Below, one piece after another: positions 1-9,243 of a DNA stretch of 64,000 bases. The translations under genes and the position numbers were made by a program. This DNA is from an uncultured Planctomycetales bacterium (lineage in GTDB: Bacteria > Omnitrophota > Gorgyraeia > Gygaellales > Profunditerraquicolaceae), in assembly GCA_964603585.1 (NCBI GenBank), contig CAZRVK010000002.1, positions 115,513-179,512 of the forward strand. The letters run 5' to 3'. The notes under the pieces were generated by a model. That model worked only from the letters and a program-made list of their open reading frames with translations, searched no databases and was not told the DNA's origin. Numbering within the stretch: the first letter of the stretch is position 1; each line of letters begins with the position of its first letter.

Positions 1-10
1 AGCCGCGCCG

Positions 11-805
11 CTATATTATCCCTACTACCCTCGACCAGGCGGCACCGGTGTTCTTGATCTTTACCGGGAAACAAATCACTTTAAATCCATAATCCGGAAG
101 TTTCTCTAAATTAGCCAAACGTTCGATATGGATAAACTCCCTTTTCCTGCCATAAAAATGCGCCGGATAGAAATATTTAACATCTTTCTTTTCCATGAAG
201 TCTTTCAGCATAAATCGATAAGGCCGGTCAATCCCCATGGTATCTACCCCGAATATCTTGATCCCGCAATCCAATAAATAATCTATTGTTGAGGGATCTA
301 TCCCTGGGTAATCGGAAAAATATTTCGGAGAGCCATATAATTTATCCGCTCCAGTACGCAAAAGCACAATATCATTTTCCTTAAGGAAATAATTTATCTT
401 TTTAAGACAATTTGCGATATCTTCAGATTTAATGGTTTCATTTGGTTTTTTATGGGATAAATCCAGCTTAACCCCATCGGCATAACACCATTCAAGAGGA
501 ATTTCTTCTGCGGTTTTAGACAAACGATTCTCGGATTTCGATCCGTAATGGAATGAATAGTCCAGGTGAGTCCCGACATGTACTGGCGAATGCACTACTT
601 CCAGCGACAGGAATTCTTCATCGGGTAAATCCTCTTTTTTTACTATGCGCAATCCCAAGGCATATTGTAATTTCCCAACCCAGGTTTTCCCCATGATCAC
701 ACGGTTGAATTTCTCGACACCCGCCTTATGGCTGGTACGCTCGATTTCAACCTTATGCACTTCAAAGGCTTTTTCGTCAATGGGCAGACTTAAATCGATT
801 ATCAT
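11..805 (-). CDS. Cyclase-family protein (kynurenine formamidase-like metal-dependent hydrolase, PF04199-like); last gene of KS/ACP operon
   Basis: 264-aa ORF with an HxGTHxD-type motif (HVGTHLD) and the overall pattern of arylformamidase/putative-cyclase proteins. Its start lies 2 nt from the ACP stop. Confidence 0.6.
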   Translation of the reverse strand: MIIDLSLPIDEKAFEVHKVEIERTSHKAGVEKFNRVIMGKTWVGKLQYALGLRIVKKEDLPDEEFLSLEVVHSPVHVGTHLDYSFHYGSKSENRLSKTAEEIPLEWCYADGVKLDLSHKKPNETIKSEDIANCLKKINYFLKENDIVLLRTGADKLYGSPKYFSDYPGIDPSTIDYLLDCGIKIFGVDTMGIDRPYRFMLKDFMEKKDVKYFYPAHFYGRKREFIHIERLANLEKLPDYGFKVICFPVKIKNTGAAWSRVVGII

Positions 806-807
806 TC

Positions 808-1053
808 TTAAGCTATTTTGCTTTTAATGATACCCTCGATATCATTGATAGAGGAAAATTTGGTTACCTCCTGGGGAGAAAGTTTGGTGCCAAAGGCCTT
901 CTCCAGGGCAATCACAGATTCCACCATTTCGGTTGAATCAACCCCGATACTATCAGACAAAGAAAGGTCATCTTTTAATTCTTCGGGCTTAACCTTCAAT
1001 AAATTCACCAGGACATCTTTTATTTTACCCTTAATATCCATCATCCACCTCAC
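808..1053 (-). CDS. Acyl carrier protein
   Basis: Roughly 80 aa, with an LSDSIGVDS phosphopantetheine-attachment Ser motif and an acidic helical fold pattern. The real start may be the internal MMDIK methionine. Confidence 0.7.
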   Translation of the reverse strand: MRWMMDIKGKIKDVLVNLLKVKPEELKDDLSLSDSIGVDSTEMVESVIALEKAFGTKLSPQEVTKFSSINDIEGIIKSKIA

Positions 1054-1112
1054 TCTATTTTTTCTACTTTTTTCCTATCCACAAACCTGTCATCTGTGAA
1101 CTGTCAGACAAA

Positions 1113-2573
1113 CTAAATCTGCACCTCGCCTTTTGTAGCTGCAGCCTCCCATTTATTTATCCCGTTCATGACATCCTGAAAGCAAAGTTTTGCCAATATA
1201 TCAAAGTTGCTTTCCATGATCCGGTTGATCCTGCCGGGCTTTGAAAAGAACTCACGCATACACCAAGAACCCAGCCTCCCCAGATCTTCGGTAGTAAGAT
1301 GATCTGTCGGAATGACCGGATGCAAGAAATCCCAGGTGCTAAAATCAACTTTCTTGGTGTCGATCCAGTTTTTCTTCAAAGCAATTTTCCACATCGGGGA
1401 ATTCGGGGCCGGAGTAACATAACCTACCCACAAAACATCCGGATCAACCTGGTCGGTAAACTCAAACCGCTGTTTTATTATCTCCTCGGTATCATAATCA
1501 AAACCCATCATGATATCGGCAACTATGGCAATATCATGCTTTCTTAAAAGCTCAATGGTCTTTTTAATCTGCTCTATAGTTATACCTTTTGCGATCTTCT
1601 TCAACTCCGATTGAGTCGTCACCTCAATACCAAACACCCCCATAAACAGCCCGGTTTCTTTCATCAGCGGCAGCACGGATTCGCAATTAACCCAATCGAT
1701 CGCCCGGCCTAAAGAAACCCATTTGATATCGATCTTCTTTTGTTTCTTTAATTCGCAAAACCTCCTGACACGCGCAGGATCGACGTTAAAGTTATCATCC
1801 TGGATGACAACCACCTTAACCCCGTATTTATTCTGTAACAATTCCATCTCTTCAATTACGCGTTCCGGAGATTTAGCGCGCCATTTCAAGAAATCCGAAG
1901 GGCTCCTTGGGTCAAATTGATCCCACTCATAACAGAAGGTACAGGCCGAGGGACATCCGCGCGATGTCACCATATCCACAAACGGTTTCCAATAAGTATG
2001 CCCTACATATTTATCCATGGGGAATAAATCATATGCCGGTAACGGCAGCTTATCCAAATCTTCCATAAGAGGCTTATGCGGCCCCATCACGATCTGGCCG
2101 TCGATGCGCGAGGTAACTCCTCCCACATCCTTAAAATTCTTCTTCTTGTCGATCGCCTCGATCAAATCCCCAAAAGACTCTTCTTCCCCCATCACCACGA
2201 AATCCACCTCCGGATTCTCTTCCAGGGTATGCACAGGCATAGCAGAATACCATAAACCTCCAAGGATTATTTTTGTTTTAGGCAGTGCATGCTTGATCTT
2301 TACCGCAGCCTCTTTAAAATGCCGTAAAACTCCATATCCGCCATAACCATGCAGCTGCTCTCCCATTACCACGACATCAGGATTAATAGTCTTGACCTTC
2401 TCCACCAATTCATCCATTGGGATCTGATCGGCTTTGCCGTCGATCACTGCAACATCTTCATAGCCGCGCTGGCGGACATACGCTGCCCAATGGGCATAGA
2501 GCTGATTTGGCGAACGATGTATCCCATGTGTTGCCCATGCGCCAACTTTTGGCATAACAAACAAAATCTTCAT
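1113..2573 (-). CDS. B12-binding domain radical SAM protein
   Basis: 486 aa. The N-terminal half looks like a cobalamin-binding Rossmann domain, and the CPSACTFC sequence gives the CxxxCxxC radical SAM cluster motif. Its start overlaps the KS-beta stop by 4 nt. Confidence 0.8.
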   Translation of the reverse strand: MKILFVMPKVGAWATHGIHRSPNQLYAHWAAYVRQRGYEDVAVIDGKADQIPMDELVEKVKTINPDVVVMGEQLHGYGGYGVLRHFKEAAVKIKHALPKTKIILGGLWYSAMPVHTLEENPEVDFVVMGEEESFGDLIEAIDKKKNFKDVGGVTSRIDGQIVMGPHKPLMEDLDKLPLPAYDLFPMDKYVGHTYWKPFVDMVTSRGCPSACTFCYEWDQFDPRSPSDFLKWRAKSPERVIEEMELLQNKYGVKVVVIQDDNFNVDPARVRRFCELKKQKKIDIKWVSLGRAIDWVNCESVLPLMKETGLFMGVFGIEVTTQSELKKIAKGITIEQIKKTIELLRKHDIAIVADIMMGFDYDTEEIIKQRFEFTDQVDPDVLWVGYVTPAPNSPMWKIALKKNWIDTKKVDFSTWDFLHPVIPTDHLTTEDLGRLGSWCMREFFSKPGRINRIMESNFDILAKLCFQDVMNGINKWEAAATKGEVQI

Positions 2574-3817
2574 TTCTTTTCTCCTCTCTCAACCACTAAC
2601 ACCGAGTTAATCCCGCCCCTTCCGCGGGAAATAATTAACGCCTTATTTATTGGGTACTCCCTGGCCTGACCCCGGACATAATTCAGGCCGTTTAGATCCG
2701 GATCATCCAAATTCAAAGTCGGAGGTATCAAATTATGCTCCATGGATAGAAGGGCAATGATCAGATCCAGCGCACCGCTTGCCCCCAGAAGATTGCCAAA
2801 CATGGATTTAGGGCAAGTCGCCGGGACATCTTTGAGTTTAGGACCAAAAACCTTTCTTAAGGCATTTATTTCGCTTTGGTCCCAAATATCCACCGCTAAA
2901 CCATCCAAACTTATATAATCTATTTCCTCTTTGTTGGTTTTAGCGTCAGCCAAAGCCATTTCAATCGCGCGGGCCAATTGCTCGCCGGAGATATCCGGAT
3001 TAATCCGATCCACACCATCACAGGCCATGCCATAACCGGTAATATAGCCTAAAATATTCGCGCTGCGTGCACGTGCTCTTGATTCTGGCTCCATGACAAT
3101 GATCCCGGCTCCTTCGGCGATCACAAAACCATTACGCTTACGGTCAAATGGCCGATAAGCCTGTTCGGGATGTTCATTATCCTTGGAAAGTCCGCCGTAA
3201 GTATTACAGCACAATAAAGCGTATGGAGTAACCGGCGCTTCCATTCCTCCTCCCAGGATCATATTCAATTTCCCTTTAGCCAATGTTTTACGCGCATAGC
3301 CGAGGGCATCCGAAGAACTTGCCCGGTCAGCAACTATGGTCTTAGAAAAACCCTTGATCCCATAATAAATCGAAACCTGACCTTGAGGTGCAGCAGGAAA
3401 CCATGCAGAGGCCATATAGGGAGATACGCCTTCACGGCCCTCGATATACAAATCGCGCAGTTCTGTCTCGGCATAAAGCCAACCGCCTATAGCATTGCCT
3501 AAGAAGATCCCCACCTGGTTGGGATCTTCTTTTTTGATGTCGATCCCGGCATCGGCAAGCGCCAGCTCCGAAGCAATCAAAGCCATATGTGCAAAAGGAT
3601 CCATTTTTTTAAGCAGGCGCTCTGAAAAATTGCTGTATTTTTCCAAATCATCGATTTGCCCTGCAATATGCGAGGGGTATTTTGAAGCATCGAAACGGGT
3701 GATATTCTTTATAAACGACCTTCCGGATTTAATATTGGCCCAAAACTGCCTTCGGCCGATACCTGAAGGAGCCACAACCCCAATTCCTGTCACCGCAACC
3801 TTAGACATTTTATCCAC
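2570..3817 (-). CDS. Ketosynthase-like protein lacking the catalytic Cys/His/His (KS-beta / chain-length-factor-like)
   Basis: 415 aa with a thiolase/KS fold. The active-site Cys position reads DRASSSD, and both catalytic His positions are replaced (LDGLAVD and GNLLGASG). It overlaps the upstream KS gene by 8 nt. Confidence 0.75.
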   Translation of the reverse strand: MDKMSKVAVTGIGVVAPSGIGRRQFWANIKSGRSFIKNITRFDASKYPSHIAGQIDDLEKYSNFSERLLKKMDPFAHMALIASELALADAGIDIKKEDPNQVGIFLGNAIGGWLYAETELRDLYIEGREGVSPYMASAWFPAAPQGQVSIYYGIKGFSKTIVADRASSSDALGYARKTLAKGKLNMILGGGMEAPVTPYALLCCNTYGGLSKDNEHPEQAYRPFDRKRNGFVIAEGAGIIVMEPESRARARSANILGYITGYGMACDGVDRINPDISGEQLARAIEMALADAKTNKEEIDYISLDGLAVDIWDQSEINALRKVFGPKLKDVPATCPKSMFGNLLGASGALDLIIALLSMEHNLIPPTLNLDDPDLNGLNYVRGQAREYPINKALIISRGRGGINSVLVVERGEKK

Positions 3818-5072
3818 CGAACCTTTTTATAATTAATGCTGAATGTATCCCGGAGAAACCGCTCGAGGTTTTAATGATCATATCCACTTTTTTTTCACGT
3901 GCGACATTCGGTACATAATCCAAATCACATAACGGGTCTTTCTCCTCCTGATTGATTGTCGGAGGTAAAACATTCTTGGCAAAAATTTGAGAACAAACGG
4001 TTAATTCTACGGCATTAGCCGCCGCCAAAGGATGGCCGATCATAGACTTTAAGGAACTGGCGGGAAGTTTATACGCATAATCACCCCAAACCATTTTATA
4101 GGCTGCAGTCTCGAAAATATCATTCATTTTTGTAGAAGATCCGTGCGCATTGATATAATCTATATCATTGGGCCTGACTCCGGCGTCTTTGATCGCCAAA
4201 TTGATGCAATTGGCCATTGCCGTCCCATCGGCAGGCAAATCTGTCATATGAAATGCGTTGCAACTGGTGCCAAAACCAATCACCTCTGCGTAAATATGCG
4301 CATTACGTTTTAATGCATGATTTAGTTCTTCAAGAATCAGGATCCCCGCGCCTTCCGATAGAACAAAACCGTTCCGTTTTTTATCAAATGGCCGCGAAGC
4401 CTTCTCCGGGGATTCATTATTCACTCCTAAAACGCTGACTACGTCAAAGGCGCCAAAAGTGATAGGGGTTATCGGGGCCTCTGCCGCGCCACAGATCATG
4501 ACATCCTGCCCTCCATCCTGGATTACCTCCAAACCAAAACCCAAAGAATCGGTACCTGCGGTGCATCCGGTAGAAATAGTATTACAAACCCCTTTTAAAC
4601 CATAGCGGGCATTGACTTCAATGGATGGGGTATTAAACATCGCCGCATCATAAAGATCGGGCCTGACTTTCGCCGGATTGATCGGTTTTTTACCGTCATC
4701 GGTAACTAAAGCAAATTCCTCTTCCATGTATTTGGTCCCGCAAATCGCATTTGCCAGACAAACCCCGATACGTTCTACATCCTCCTTGGAAAAATCTATT
4801 TTACTGTCTTTAACCGCCATATCCGCAGCCACTACCCCGAACTGCACGTAACGGTCCATACGCACCGCTTCATCATGCGTCAGGCCTAATTTAAAGGGAT
4901 CAAAATCGCGGACTTCCGCGGCAATTTTAGTATGAAAAACCGATACATCGAAACTATCGACTAATCTTACCCCGGACTTCCCGCTGGCCATTGCCTGCCA
5001 CACATTATCCTTACCGATACCATTTGGAGAAACTACCCCTAACCCCGTGATCACTACACGCCTTTTATTCAT
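3810..5072 (-). CDS. Beta-ketoacyl-ACP synthase (FabF/KS-alpha-like, catalytically intact)
   Basis: Carries the active-site Cys (ISTGCTAGTDS) and both His motifs (AHGSSTKMND and GHPLAAANAVE). I placed the start at MNKRRVVITGLG, which has an AAAGGA RBS 9 nt upstream. The ORF track's longer N-terminus (to 5117) is probably spurious. Confidence 0.85.
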   Translation of the reverse strand: MNKRRVVITGLGVVSPNGIGKDNVWQAMASGKSGVRLVDSFDVSVFHTKIAAEVRDFDPFKLGLTHDEAVRMDRYVQFGVVAADMAVKDSKIDFSKEDVERIGVCLANAICGTKYMEEEFALVTDDGKKPINPAKVRPDLYDAAMFNTPSIEVNARYGLKGVCNTISTGCTAGTDSLGFGLEVIQDGGQDVMICGAAEAPITPITFGAFDVVSVLGVNNESPEKASRPFDKKRNGFVLSEGAGILILEELNHALKRNAHIYAEVIGFGTSCNAFHMTDLPADGTAMANCINLAIKDAGVRPNDIDYINAHGSSTKMNDIFETAAYKMVWGDYAYKLPASSLKSMIGHPLAAANAVELTVCSQIFAKNVLPPTINQEEKDPLCDLDYVPNVAREKKVDMIIKTSSGFSGIHSALIIKRFGG

Positions 5073-5131
5073 AAATAATCCTTTTTGAACTGTCACTTTA
5101 CAGCTTTTACCACACACTCACCATTAATTAA

Positions 5132-5725
5132 CTATTTATTCCCCTCTTCTACCCGTGTCACCTTAAACACAATATTCCCGCCATCCGGACAGGTGACCGT
5201 ATCAATCGCATTTGGATCAGGCATAAAGAAGAATTTTGCTCCAAAATTCAAAGCAAACAATGCCGGGAAAGCAGTATGGAATGCCGCGCCACAAAACCCG
5301 GGGATACATTTTAACCCGGTAGTCTCCCACTTATCTCCTACTTTATACCCATAGCTGCATTTACCTTGAGCTTTTACTACCTCAACGATCATTTTCTTAG
5401 GATTCGGGCCTTTGAAATCAGGATCCTTAGGCACTACCTCAACTTTTCCCTGCTTATCCAGGATCTCGGCCTTAAATTCCAGTTTTCCTCCATCGGGACA
5501 GGTCACAAGAAGAGAGCGTTGATTATCACGAAAAGGGAATTTCGCGCCAAAACTTAAAGCATAGATCACATTGAACAATGCATGCGCTAATCCCAGGCAA
5601 AAATGCTTCGGGGGATGAGTAAAATCATCCAGGACCAATTCATCGCCGATCTTATACCCATGGTAACAAACGCCCTCGACTTTTGTAACCGTAAGCTTTA
5701 ATTTCGGAAAAGGGGTATCGACCAT
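5132..5725 (-). CDS. Tandem-repeat Cys/His-rich protein (TIGR04076-like, function unknown)
   Basis: 197 aa built from two internally duplicated ~90-aa halves. Each half carries C-x-[YH]-G-Y-K-[IV]-G-D, C-x-G-x-A-[HF], FGAKF and TCPDGG motifs. Confidence 0.5.
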   Translation of the reverse strand: MVDTPFPKLKLTVTKVEGVCYHGYKIGDELVLDDFTHPPKHFCLGLAHALFNVIYALSFGAKFPFRDNQRSLLVTCPDGGKLEFKAEILDKQGKVEVVPKDPDFKGPNPKKMIVEVVKAQGKCSYGYKVGDKWETTGLKCIPGFCGAAFHTAFPALFALNFGAKFFFMPDPNAIDTVTCPDGGNIVFKVTRVEEGNK

Positions 5726-5726
5726 T

Positions 5727-6731
5727 TTAATTTACAAACTCCTCGGTTTCTTCGATTAACTCTTCGTGGCTCAAGAATTTATTGGTATTCTCAACCCGGT
5801 GCACCAACTCGACCATTTTTTCATTTAATGGCGCGTTTAAATTATGTTCTTTCGCCAAAACCACGAATTCACCGTTTATATAATCTATCTCGGAAGAACG
5901 CCCGCGCTTAATACTCTGTAAAATCGAGCCATATAAAGGTTCTTTGCTCAAATTAGTCATGATCCCGGATAGAACCTTCGCCGCTTCAAGAGTAGGCATC
6001 CCGGTAATATTCGTCACCCTCTCCAGAGGAAAATCCGGTAAAGAGACCAGATCTATACCACAGGCTTCCACAACTTGCAAACCTTCTTTCCAAAGGCAAA
6101 TACTCAACCGGCTAATGCCTAAATCGGAAAATGCCTCCTGCATGCTCTGGCCTAATACCGCAGGGATACAATTATTGGCGTTTACAAAGATCTTCAAATA
6201 TTTCATCCCCCGGATATCCTCTGCAACAATCGTGGGGAATATTTTATTTAATTCATTCGACACTTCTACGACCCGCGAGTCGTTTTTCCCAAAGGCCTTT
6301 CCAATGATCCAGCTTCCTTCAAAATTATGGATCACTTTCCCAGGATCCAAATAAGTAGCTCCAAACATAACGATACTGGAGATTATATTATCCCGAGGGA
6401 TATATTTAGCAGCCAGGGCATCGGATCTTATTCCATTCTGCGTGGTTAAAACCAATGCTCCTTTTAACAGATCCCGGTTATTCTCCAGCGCGCGTTCAAG
6501 ATCCTGCGTCTTTGTGGCCAAAATCGCCAGATCCGGCTGGATTTTTAATTCTACATCAATATCGATGGAAACCCTTGAACTGCCTCTTGGCCCAGTAAGT
6601 TCAATACCGTTTTCTTTAATTGCGCTAACTGAATCGATATTACCCACAAGCGATACATCTGTGTTCTTTAATTTAAGGTATGCGGCTACTAGATTACCGA
6701 TAGCCCCAGCACCGATAACCACGATTTTCAT
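5727..6731 (-). CDS. 2-dehydropantoate 2-reductase family (ApbA/PanE-like) NAD(P)-dependent reductase
   Basis: MKIVVIGAGAIGNLVAAYL Rossmann GxGxxG at the N-terminus and a 334-aa length typical of ketopantoate reductase-like proteins. Confidence 0.7.
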   Translation of the reverse strand: MKIVVIGAGAIGNLVAAYLKLKNTDVSLVGNIDSVSAIKENGIELTGPRGSSRVSIDIDVELKIQPDLAILATKTQDLERALENNRDLLKGALVLTTQNGIRSDALAAKYIPRDNIISSIVMFGATYLDPGKVIHNFEGSWIIGKAFGKNDSRVVEVSNELNKIFPTIVAEDIRGMKYLKIFVNANNCIPAVLGQSMQEAFSDLGISRLSICLWKEGLQVVEACGIDLVSLPDFPLERVTNITGMPTLEAAKVLSGIMTNLSKEPLYGSILQSIKRGRSSEIDYINGEFVVLAKEHNLNAPLNEKMVELVHRVENTNKFLSHEELIEETEEFVN

Positions 6732-7006
6732 TATTTAAAATTAGTGTTATTCTTAGGGAATCCGTACTTTTTATAATCAAAATCGCTTTGATCCAAAAGA
6801 CGGATCATCATGCTATAAAAAGGCGTGGGGACATCGGAGAAAAAAGCGTTGATCACATCCTGCTCTTCCACGGCCGGAGCCTTCCTTAAGGCAGCATTTT
6901 CTTCCGCGCGCTTAACAACCACTTCCTCGGTAATATGCCGGTGAAAAACCGGGATTTTCGCAATTAAAACATTGAATCTTTCCTTAACCGTAGGATCCCA
7001 ATCCAT
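6731..7006 (-). CDS. Small protein with a possible PCP_red-like (protochlorophyllide reductase B C-terminal-like) domain; first gene of the operon
   Basis: 91 aa. The segment AKIPVFHRHITEEVVVKRAEENAALRK resembles the PF08369 pattern as I remember it. Its stop overlaps the reductase start codon. Confidence 0.35.
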   Translation of the reverse strand: MDWDPTVKERFNVLIAKIPVFHRHITEEVVVKRAEENAALRKAPAVEEQDVINAFFSDVPTPFYSMMIRLLDQSDFDYKKYGFPKNNTNFK

Positions 7007-7139
7007 TTTTACCCCCGCTAACTGAATATAGTAAAATTTTACTATTCAAATTTTACATATTATACCTGAAGACTACTATTTATGTCAAGAAGATTTTATA
7101 AAAGATGTAAAGCGCTTTTGAATATTGATGTTACGAACT

Positions 7140-7634
7140 TTACCGGTAATTGCAGAAGCCAAGAGGCAAAGAGAAATCCAGTGTTTTTAGATGTATGATC
7201 ACAGCCTGTAAATCATCCTTTTTCGGAGCAGAAACCCTAAGTTTATCCCCTTCGATCTGGGTCTGGACTTTAAGACCCAAACCTTTAATAATCCCGGTCA
7301 ATTCCTTGGCTTTTTCTTTATCTATGCCGATAGATAACTCTGCCAACTGGCGTAAAGTCCCTTCAAACGCCTTTTCCGGATCTTTGAACTTTAATGATTT
7401 AAGGGAAATCCCCCTTTTAGCCAAACGCGTAGCCAGGATATCCTTTAAAGCGCGTAATTTGAAGTCATCATCAGCAATAATGGTGATGCTTTTTTTATCC
7501 CGGTCATATTCCAACGATGACTTGCTATCCTTAAAGTCATACCGCTGGGCCAGCTCTTTTTTGGCTTGATTGACCGCATTATCCACTTCCTGCAAGTCAA
7601 CCTCGGAAACTATATCAAAGGAAAAGTTAGCCAT
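7140..7634 (-). CDS. yajQ: YajQ family cyclic di-GMP-binding protein (UPF0234)
   Basis: 164 aa with the N-terminus MANFSFDIVSEVDLQEVDNAVNQAKKELAQRYDFK, which is characteristic of YajQ. Confidence 0.9.
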   Translation of the reverse strand: MANFSFDIVSEVDLQEVDNAVNQAKKELAQRYDFKDSKSSLEYDRDKKSITIIADDDFKLRALKDILATRLAKRGISLKSLKFKDPEKAFEGTLRQLAELSIGIDKEKAKELTGIIKGLGLKVQTQIEGDKLRVSAPKKDDLQAVIIHLKTLDFSLPLGFCNYR

Positions 7635-7660
7635 GGAGACATTTAACCTCTGCGAACGGA

Positions 7661-8203
7661 TTATTTCAAATAAGCCTTAATGATCTTCTGTTCAGTAACC
7701 GGCTTATCCTGCGCACCAACCGGGGTATTTTCGATCTTTTCTACCACATCATACCCGGCAACGACTTCGCCAAAAATGGTATGGCGCATATTCAACCAGG
7801 GAGTTTTGGCGGTAGTGATAAAAAACTGGCTGCCATTCGTACCGGGCCCGGCATTGGCCATTGCCAATAATCCGGTTTTATCAAATTTTAAAACCGGAGT
7901 AACTTCATCTTCAAAAGGCTGGCCCCAGATAGAATCCCCTCCCATGCCTGTGCCGGTAGGATCCCCGCCCTGGATCATAAAACCCTTGATCACCCGGTGA
8001 AAAATGATCCCATTGTAATAACCTTTTTCTACGAGCTTCGTAAAGTTTTCGCAGGTTTTAGGGGCAAGATCAGGGAAAAGTTTTATTTCTATAGCGCCTT
8101 GCGTCGTCTCTAAGATCACGTTTTTGTTACTCATATTAAGCTCCTCTCCATATACACTGCTGACAAAAATTAAAGCAAGAAATACCCCCAGTAATTGTTT
8201 CAT
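7661..8203 (-). CDS. Peptidyl-prolyl cis-trans isomerase, cyclophilin type, secreted
   Basis: N-terminal signal peptide, then the [15 protein letters not shown]...GTGMGG cyclophilin core. Confidence 0.9.
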   Translation of the reverse strand: MKQLLGVFLALIFVSSVYGEELNMSNKNVILETTQGAIEIKLFPDLAPKTCENFTKLVEKGYYNGIIFHRVIKGFMIQGGDPTGTGMGGDSIWGQPFEDEVTPVLKFDKTGLLAMANAGPGTNGSQFFITTAKTPWLNMRHTIFGEVVAGYDVVEKIENTPVGAQDKPVTEQKIIKAYLK

Positions 8204-8231
8204 CTCTCCTCCGCATTTAATAGATAAAAGC

Positions 8232-8486
8232 CTACGATGATAATTCTACAACCTTTATTTTAAGGCCAGAAACCTTCTTTAAGGCGGCAGAAAAACCCTT
8301 CTTCTCCTTATCTGAACCCACTATCTCTAAGATTATCAATCCGGTATCCGAACATTTATCTAAGACACCGTCGTGAATACCCAGACGGGTTTTCACAATA
8401 CAGCCGAAATCGGTAAGCACCTTCTGGAAATTTACTGCCGCGCTGCGCCTTTTTTTCAAAACCGCCACTACAACCGTTCTTTTCAT
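8232..8486 (-). CDS. Hypothetical small protein (ACT/PII-like?)
   Basis: 84-aa ORF with good coding context. I cannot place it in a family. Confidence 0.3.
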   Translation of the reverse strand: MKRTVVVAVLKKRRSAAVNFQKVLTDFGCIVKTRLGIHDGVLDKCSDTGLIILEIVGSDKEKKGFSAALKKVSGLKIKVVELSS

Positions 8487-8529
8487 CTTAACCCCCTCCT
8501 CGACAATTCCGCGTTTCTGCTACTTGGAT

Positions 8530-8895
8530 TTAAAAAAGCGCCTCGGAAGATATACTTTTATAATACCCCATTATTTTCTCTAAGGCTTTTGCCGTCATCA
8601 CCGTTAATACCACCGTCAGAATAACAGCTATCGCAGTAATAATTATTTTACTTTTGGCGCTAAAACGCGGGTTGCTCCACAACAAAGGAAGGGCAAAAGG
8701 CCCGATCGCCAGAAAAGAAATAATCAGGGTGGAGTTTCTTTGATACCATTTAACCTGTCGAGGTAAGTGCGGCACAGCCCCGACAAGGAATTCATTACAG
8801 TAGCGGCACTTAACGGCGTCCTCCTGTAGTGATTCCGCACAAAACGGGCAGTTTTTCATAAAGCTTAGTATACTTACCGGATAAATCCCGGTCAA
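8530..8895 (-). CDS. Zinc-ribbon domain membrane protein
   Basis: CPFC...CRYC zinc ribbon at the N-terminus followed by 2 to 3 hydrophobic helices. Confidence 0.5.
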   Translation of the reverse strand: MTGIYPVSILSFMKNCPFCAESLQEDAVKCRYCNEFLVGAVPHLPRQVKWYQRNSTLIISFLAIGPFALPLLWSNPRFSAKSKIIITAIAVILTVVLTVMTAKALEKIMGYYKSISSEALF

Positions 8896-8946
8896 GGATT
8901 ATTATATCTGCATTGCCAATTGCGTTCTTTGGCCATTAGGCGCAGG

Positions 8947-9243
8947 TCATGTAACCTCTTCGATCGGCAAGATAAAAGCCTTGATCCCTTCTTTGCCTAA
9001 TTTCTTTCTTAACTCTTTTATCCCGGACACTAATTTAGCGGCTTCAGGGGAAGTGCATGAGATGTAAAGCAGATTATTCCTGCCCGGCCAGATATCATTC
9101 CCCAGGTGCGTACCGGAACTCTGCCCCTTGCCATAAGTACCAACGATCTTCGTGTAGTTAGTTATGGCCAAATTAGATAAAAGCTCCATAGCTTCTATAT
9201 CAATTGCTTCGTTATAAGAGATCATAACCATTTTTAGGTTCAT
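8947..9243 (-). CDS. Small PII-like/DUF3240-like protein encoded downstream of the RND pump
   Basis: 98 aa. Its start overlaps the RND permease stop by 4 nt, and this position and size are typical of czcA/acrB-associated PII-like proteins. Confidence 0.35.
   Translation of the reverse strand: MNLKMVMISYNEAIDIEAMELLSNLAITNYTKIVGTYGKGQSSGTHLGNDIWPGRNNLLYISCTSPEAAKLVSGIKELRKKLGKEGIKAFILPIEEVT

Noticed and set aside
5073-5117. Longer N-terminus (MCGKSCKVTVQKGLF…) of the KS-alpha ORF
   Set aside because: The internal MNKRRVVITGLG start matches the conserved KS N-terminus and has an RBS. The upstream extension has none and would leave only 14 nt to the preceding gene.
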